From Rebecca billardiae RCC1528 (taxonomy: Eukaryota; Protista; Haptophyta), in assembly GCA_965240325.2 (NCBI GenBank), contig OZ251236.1:682001-746000 (forward strand): 64,000 nucleotides of DNA, in the 5' to 3' direction. Within the stretch, counting starts at the first letter, position 1. The number at the start of each line of letters is the position of its first letter. Positions 57,815 through 64,000 of the stretch are shown one piece after another. Under the pieces are notes generated by a model that did no database searches, was not told the origin of the DNA, and was given only the letters and a program-made list of their open reading frames with translations. The translations under genes and the position numbers were made by a program.

Positions 57815-58830
57815 ATGGCCGATCACCGAGCCGCCGTGACGCAGGCGGCGCTGCACGAGTGCTTCGGCGGGGAGAACCTCGACCCCAACGAGCTGCACCG
57901 CGACGTGGACGCGCTGAACGAGACGATCCGCCGCCTCGACGCCCGCGTCGACGAGCTCAAGTCGCAGGTCTTCGACATCGTCCGCGTGCAGAAGGCGGCC
58001 TTTGTTGAGTCGTACGCTAGCGCGGCCGGCCTCCGCGCGGACGTGCGCGCGCTGGCCGACGAGCTGGGCACGACGGCGCGCGCGTCGGCGGAGAAGGGTC
58101 GTGCGCTCGACGAGCAGCGCGCGCAGGCCGAGGCGAGGGCGCGCGAGCTGCGCGAGCGCCTCGCGGCGTCGCGCGCGCTCGCGTCCGCCCTTACGACAGT
58201 CTCTGAGGTCCATGCCGGCCTGGCTGGGCTGGACGCGCGGCTGAACGCGGGGCGTCTGGAGGAGGCGGCCACCTCGCTGCACGAGATGGAACGCCGCGTG
58301 CGCTCGCTGCACGACGCCGCCATGCGCGAGCAGCCCGCGGCTGCGCCCGCACGCCCGGCAGAGCCACCGGCTGTTCTGCGCACGCTGAGTGCCCACCTGG
58401 CAGCGCGCCGCTCGAGGCTCGAGGGCACGCTCGGCGAGCTGTTCGACGCGGCGCTCGCGCTCGACGAGCGCGGGTTGCGCGTGCGCACCACAGTCACCGC
58501 CACTGCTGGCGGCGCGTCTCTGACCGTCGGCCTGCGCGAGGTGCGCGCGCGTGCGCCCGTTTGTGACACGTGTGTGTGCGTGTGCGTGTGCGTGTGTGCG
58601 TGTGTGTGCGTGTGTGTGCGTGTGCGTGTGTGCGTGTGTGCGTGTGCGTGTGTGTGTGTGTGCGTGTGTGCGTGTGCGTGTGTGCGTGTGCGTGTGCGTG
58701 TGTGCGTGTGTGCGTGTGCGTGTGTGCGTGTGCGTGTGCGTGTGTGCGTGTGTGCGTGTGCGTGTGTGCGTGTGTGTGTGTGTGTGTGTGTGCGTGTGTG
58801 CGTGTGTGTGCGTGTGTGTGCGTGTGTGCG

Positions 58831-58871
<41 letters not shown>

Positions 58872-61672
58872 GTGCGTGTGCGTGTGTGCGTGTGTGTGCG
58901 TGTGTGTGCGTGTGTGCGTGTGCGTGTGTGCGTGTGTGCGTGTGTGTGCGTGTGTGTGCGTGTGTGCGTGTGCGTGTGTGCGTGTGTGCGTGTGTGTGCG
59001 TGTGTGTGCGTGTGCGTGTGTGCGTGTGTGCGTGTGCGTGTGTGCGTGTGTGTGTGTGTGTGTGCGTGTGCGTGTGCGTGTGCGTGTGCGTGTGCGTGTG
59101 TGTGCGTGTGTCCGTGCGCGGTGCGCGTGCGCGTGCGCGCATGCGCGGCAGGTGCCAGGTGTGCGCCCGGGACTCACCGCGCCTTTGCTCCTCCGCCGCC
59201 GACCCGCGTCGCCCCGGCCTTCCCCCACGCGCCCTCGCGATGGCGCGCGCCGCAGCTGCTCGCCGCCATGACCCATGCCGGCGTGCTCGAGCGCTCGCTT
59301 GAAGCCCTCGCCGGCCGGCTGAGCGAGCGCGCGCGCGCGCTGCTCGCTGGCGAGTGCGTCGCGCGCGCGGCCCCGGCTGCGGCAGCAGGAGGACGAGGAG
59401 GGGCCGCGGGAGCAGGCAAGGGCACGGCAGCAGCAGCAGGCGCAGCGGGCAAGGGCAAGGCGGGCGGTGGGAAGGGGGCGGGCGCGGCCAAGGGCGTGGG
59501 CGTGGCGGGCGGCGTCGCACTGTCCTTCGAGCCCGCGCCTGCGCAGCCGCGCGCCGCGGAAGGTGCGGCCGCAGAGCAGAAGGGCGGCGGGGAGCAGTCG
59601 CAGTCGGAGGGAGTCCGGGAGCTGGAGGCGCTCCGGGCGAAGTTGGAAGGCGTCCGGCTGCTGCTCGGCACGCTCGCGGCGGACGCGGCGCTTGGCGCGG
59701 TGCCGGCGGTGGGCGACGGCGGTGCGCGCGCGCGGGGCCCAGTTCGCGCGCACCGGCGCGCCGCTGGCCCGGCGCGCCGCGAGCGCGGCCGGCGCCCTGA
59801 TCCGCGCGCGCCGCGCGCCGCGCGCCCGCGCCTCCGCCGCGCGCCCCGGCCACAGTCGTGCCATTGGCTGCTCTCGGCTCGTATGCGTGGCCGCCGATCG
59901 CGGCAGCCATCAAGGCCGCGGCCGGCGAGGCGGCAGTGCGTATCATCTCCGGCGGCGCCTCCGGCGCGGCCGACAGCTCGGCGCCGGCCGGCGCGGACGA
60001 GCTGTCGCGGAGAGCGCGCGCGCAGCTGCCGCCGAGCGTGCCGAAGCTCGACGGGCTGGCGAGCGCCCTGCTCGAGTTCGACGCGGCCATGGTCTCGCTC
60101 GGCATCGTGCCGCGCGCCGCGGCCGCGCCGCGCGATGACGCGAGCGGCGGCGGTGCTTCGAAGCGCGCCGGTGCGCGCCAGGGCGCCTCGGAGCCGCCGC
60201 GAGGCGCGGCGGCGGGCGCGGAGCCGGCGGCTCAGGCCGGGGCCACGTCGCTGTCGCAGTACGCGCGCGCTCTGCCGACGAGCGTGGTCGCCGCGTGGCG
60301 GGAGCGCGCGCTCGAGCACGCGCGCGCGCTTGCGCAGCGCACGGCGCGCGACACGCTACGCGCGCCACTCGGTCTCGGGCTGGCCGAGCCGGCGCCGCGG
60401 CCGACGGCGGCCGCGCCCGCGGCGCGCTCGGCCGGACCGCGCCCAACCGCGGCGGGAGCGGGCGCGCGCGCGCCCGAGCGTGCGGAGGAGGCGGAGGAGG
60501 CGCAGTCGGAGTCGGAGTCTGAGCCGGAAGAGGCGCCTCTGGCGTTCGCGCCGCGCACGGTGAGCGCTGCGGTGCCGAGTCTGCTGCAGCTGGTACATGC
60601 GCTGCTCGCCGCCGCGTGCGCGATGAGCGCGCCGCCGCCCGCGCGCGGCGGTGGTACTGCTGCCGCTGATGTGCCGGCGGGCGGCGAGCGCGTGGACGAT
60701 GGCGCGAGGGCGGAGCAGGCCGCGCGCGCGCTGTGCGCCACGGCGAGGGACGTGCTTGACGTGTGGCGCGCGCTCGCGCCCACCTCGATCGGCGGCGCGC
60801 TCGGCGAGGCGCCCGGGGCGACGACGATCCTCGCCAGCGACGCTCTCTGCTTGGCGCACGCATGCGCGTCGCTTGGCGCGCAGTATGGCTCGCGGCTGCC
60901 GCCGGCGCTAAGGGCTGAGGCGTCGTTCGCCGAGAGCGCCGCGTCGCTGAGCGGCCTCGCCGCGGAGACGATGGCGGAGCTGGTCGAATCGCAGCGCGCG
61001 ATGGCACTCAGCTTTGCGCAAGGAGCGCTCGAGCTCGCGCGCGTCGCCGACGGTGCGGGCGCGGGCGCGGCGCGCGGCGCGGTGGACGCGGAGACCGGCG
61101 CGGCCGACGCCGCGGTCGCGCGCACCGCCCACCAGCTGCGGCACCTCGCGGCAGTCTGGTGCGCGCTGCTGCCACCCGCCGCGGCAGGGCACGCGCTCAG
61201 CGCTGTCGCGGACGGCGTCCTTGCGGAGCTGACGGCTGCGGTGCTGCAGCCGCGCGCGCCGGCTGCCATCCGAGCGCTGCGCGCGCGCGCCTCGCGCCTC
61301 GTCGCGCTGCTCGTGCAGCTGCTGTGCAGCCTGGATGGCGTCCGCGCCGCACTGGCCGAGCACGGGGGCGAGGCGGCGAGCGCGCCGATGCGCAAGTCAG
61401 CCGAGCGCGCCAAGTGCGCGGCGGTTCGTGCGGCGCTTGAGCTGCACGCTGAGAAGGACCCGGCGGCGGCGCTGCAGCGGCTCCTGGCCGCGGGGCCGGC
61501 CTCCGCCTCTGCCTCTGGCGGCGCCGAGCACGGGCGGCGCGGTGCTACTACTGCTTCTTCTACTTCCGCTGCGCCCGAGTCGCCGGCGGCCGGAGGGGGC
61601 GGGCTGCAGGGCGCGCTCGAGCCGGCCGACATCGCACGGCTGCGCGAGATACTGCAGGCGCCGCGCCGGTAG
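57815..61672 (+). CDS. ZW10: Centromere/kinetochore protein ZW10 homologue (RZZ/NRZ subunit); 3 exons
   Basis: N-terminal coiled coil; ILASDALCLAH, SFAESAASL and AVARTAHQLRHLAAVWCALLP parallel ZW10 C-terminal blocks. Introns 58541-59255 and 59722-59855 join the three frames. Confidence 0.75.
58570..59111. repeat. Intronic (GT/GC)n alternating purine-pyrimidine tract, ~540 bp
   Basis: Continuous mix of GT and GC dinucleotides inside ZW10 intron 1. Confidence 0.97.
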
Positions 61673-62361
61673 CCTCTCACTTCTCAGCTTGGCGGAATGA
61701 TTCGCTCCTGCCAGAGGCTATTCGTTGCATGAATGCATGACGCCCCCGGGCCCCGGGCTAGTCCCGGCAGGGCAGGCGGGCGGGTTGATTCATGATTGTG
61801 ATTAGAAGCCGCGTGTGCCCGTGGTCAGGTGTGCTGACTGCTGATGCGGCGCCTGCCGATGATGACAGTGCTGGTTACCAGTGCTCCGGCGGCTCCCGCG
61901 GGCGGACCCGCGGGCCGGCCGGGCCGGGATCCGCTCGCGCCGGTCCACTCACGGGGCGGGCGGCGCGCCTAGGCAGATTTCTCACTGAGTGCCGCGCTCG
62001 TCTGCACAGTTGGCAGCCTGCTGGCGGTGGCATGGACTGAAACTAGACTGTACATAACCGACGGCGCAAGGCTTTGCCTTCTGGGGACCGATCCGCTGAC
62101 ACTGTCGTTCTGTCCGCTGTCGCTGACGACTGTCGCCTTGGCAGTTGGCTGCGCTCGCCTTGGCTTGCAGCCAAGGCGGCACAAGTAGTCGCTCGCCACG
62201 GCGGCGGACGCCATCGTGCGCGGAGAAATCGGGGTTATTTCTATTTCTTTGATTTCACTTATTCTCTCAAACGCTTTCGTCAGCAGCCCGACTGCAGCGC
62301 ACCGAGCCGCGCCAAGCGCGTCGCCGACGAGAGCGCAGGAGACGAGGTGCGCTCCGGAGTG

Positions 62362-63745
62362 ATGGTGTCGGCGCTGTGGATCACGGTGGCGTACGTGGCC
62401 ATCGTGGGCTTCGGCTGCATGCTGCTGCTCCTCGGCCCCCAATCCTCGGGCCCCATCGGTCGCGTACACCGCTGCGTGTGCAGCTGCCTCGGCTCGTCGC
62501 GCGAGCGGCTTCGGAAGCTGCTGGGCAACAGCTGCTGCGATCGCTTCGAGGCGGCGGAGGAGTACGCGTGCTGGCATCCGAACCCGATCATCGCCAGCGT
62601 GTACGTCATCATCATGCTCGGCTTCGCCTTCTCCATCGTGCGCTACCTCTTCCCGCTCGTGCCCAACGCGCGCATCCCGTGGCTGCACCGGCCGCTGTCG
62701 CTGACGATCGTCGGCGTCGGCATGGCGCTGCACCAGTGGTGCTGCTACGCGGACCCGGGGACGATCACGCAGGAGAACGTCGACGAGTACGCCGACGGCT
62801 TCCCGTACGACGGCATCATGTACATCCCCAAGTTCTGCACGACGTGTCAGATCGTGCGGCCCGCGCGTGCCAAGCACTGTGCCATCTGCGACCGCTGCGT
62901 CGCCAAGTTCGACCACCACTGCCCGTGGCTGAACAACTGCACGGGCGAGCGGAACTACCGGCTGTTCCTCGCCTTCCTCGCGTACCACACCTTCGTCTGC
63001 GCCTACGGCGCCGTGATGCTCGTGCGCCTCGGCGCGTTCCTCGCGTTTGATCAGCACAAGTTGCACGAGGCTTTCTACGTGCTGCCCGACGGCACGCACG
63101 TGCGCGTCTCGCTGATGATCGGGCTGCAGTACATGATCGCGACGCACCCGGCGCTGTGCGCGATGCTCTTCTTCGCCTGCGTGATGGGCGTCGTGATCGC
63201 GTGCTTCTTCGGTGCGCGGCGCCGCGCGGGTCGCTCGCGCGCACGCGCCGCGCGCCCGCTGCCACTCATTGCGCGCCTGCCTGCCCCCGCCCGCTCCCTC
63301 CTGCCCGGCCGCACGCGCCGCAGGCTACCACCTCTACCTCGTCGCCACGGGCTTCACCACGAACGAGACGTACAAGTGGACCGACCTGCACGCGGAGAAA
63401 CGCCGACACCGCAGGGCGCGCGACGCCGAGCGCGCGCGGCTGGCGGAAGTGGCTGCTGCGCCGGCGGAGGAGCAGTGGTTGAGCGCCGCCGACGCGCGCC
63501 CTGGCGCAGTGTACATGCTGGCAGACGCGACGCTGGTGCACATGTACAGCCGCGGCTTCTGGCGCAACCTGTGCGAGGTGCTCTACCCGCCGTCGCTGTA
63601 CCCGCCTTCGCGCGGCGCGCTCGTCCCTGACTGCGCGGCGGGTGCCGGCTCTGTGCCCAATCATGCGCAGGGCGCGGCCGCCGGCACCTCGGAGCCGGTG
63701 CGATCTGCCAAGCGCCGCGGCGCCGGCAGCAAGAAGAGCCGGTGA
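62362..63745 (+). CDS. DHHC palmitoyltransferase (Swf1/ZDHHC4-like); 2 exons
   Basis: [47 protein letters not shown]; TTNETYKW follows removal of intron 63212-63323. Confidence 0.95.
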
Positions 63746-63975
63746 CGGCCCAGAGCAGCGCCCGTGCGAGGCTGCAGCGCACGGAGACTCGCCGCCGGCG
63801 TTGGCGGTAGTTGTGCTCGGCCACACGATCGACCGATAGTAACGGCCGGCGCCCGGCGGCCCGCCGCCCCAGGCGGCAGGCCCTGGGCCTGGGCCTGATG
63901 GCTCCAGCTGCTCGGACGGAAGTAGAAGTCCCGCGGCGCCAGCATCATGCGACGACGACATATTGGCATGCGCAT

Positions 63976-64000
63976 TATATATATATATATATATATATAT
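63976..64000. repeat. (TA)n microsatellite at the window end
   Basis: TA run to the end of the window. Confidence 0.9.

Noticed and set aside
57823-60563. Poly-(VC) and poly-(HT) ORFs
   Set aside because: They are translations of the intronic GT/GC microsatellite.

Overview
Very GC-rich eukaryotic nuclear DNA with compact genes, short GC-rich spliceosomal introns and microsatellite-rich spacers. It resembles a haptophyte/Pavlovales-type microalga, but that assignment is inference. About 16 protein-coding genes can be supported: a partial mannitol dehydrogenase, two SHMT paralogues, an ACOT9-like thioesterase, mitoribosomal mL54, PP2C, an 11-unit EsV-1-7 Cys/His repeat protein, a FAM185A/DUF4097 protein, a prenyltransferase-alpha-like protein, a secretory type-I DnaJ, a Sel1-repeat/MYND protein, two cyclins, DUF3431, a filamin-repeat protein, ZW10 and a DHHC palmitoyltransferase. 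There are also several non-autonomous TIR elements and a truncated hAT. The most striking part is 43065-57295, two large insertions placed 14 bp apart in one 25-bp minisatellite locus. (1) A 7.2-kb compound element, TA|A-B-cag-B-cag-B-A-B-A|TA, in which a 782-bp Tc1/mariner-type MITE (A) brackets 1224-bp cargo units (B), and a 3-nt CAG excision-like footprint sits exactly where A is missing. (2) A ~7-kb foldback element with CACTA termini, ~2.6-3 kb inverted arms and CRISPR-looking arrays of a 14-bp quasi-palindrome. Also notable are two repeat proteins whose variation is confined to a few positions, and a consistent GTGCG 5' splice site. No rRNA, tRNA or true CRISPR array was recognised.
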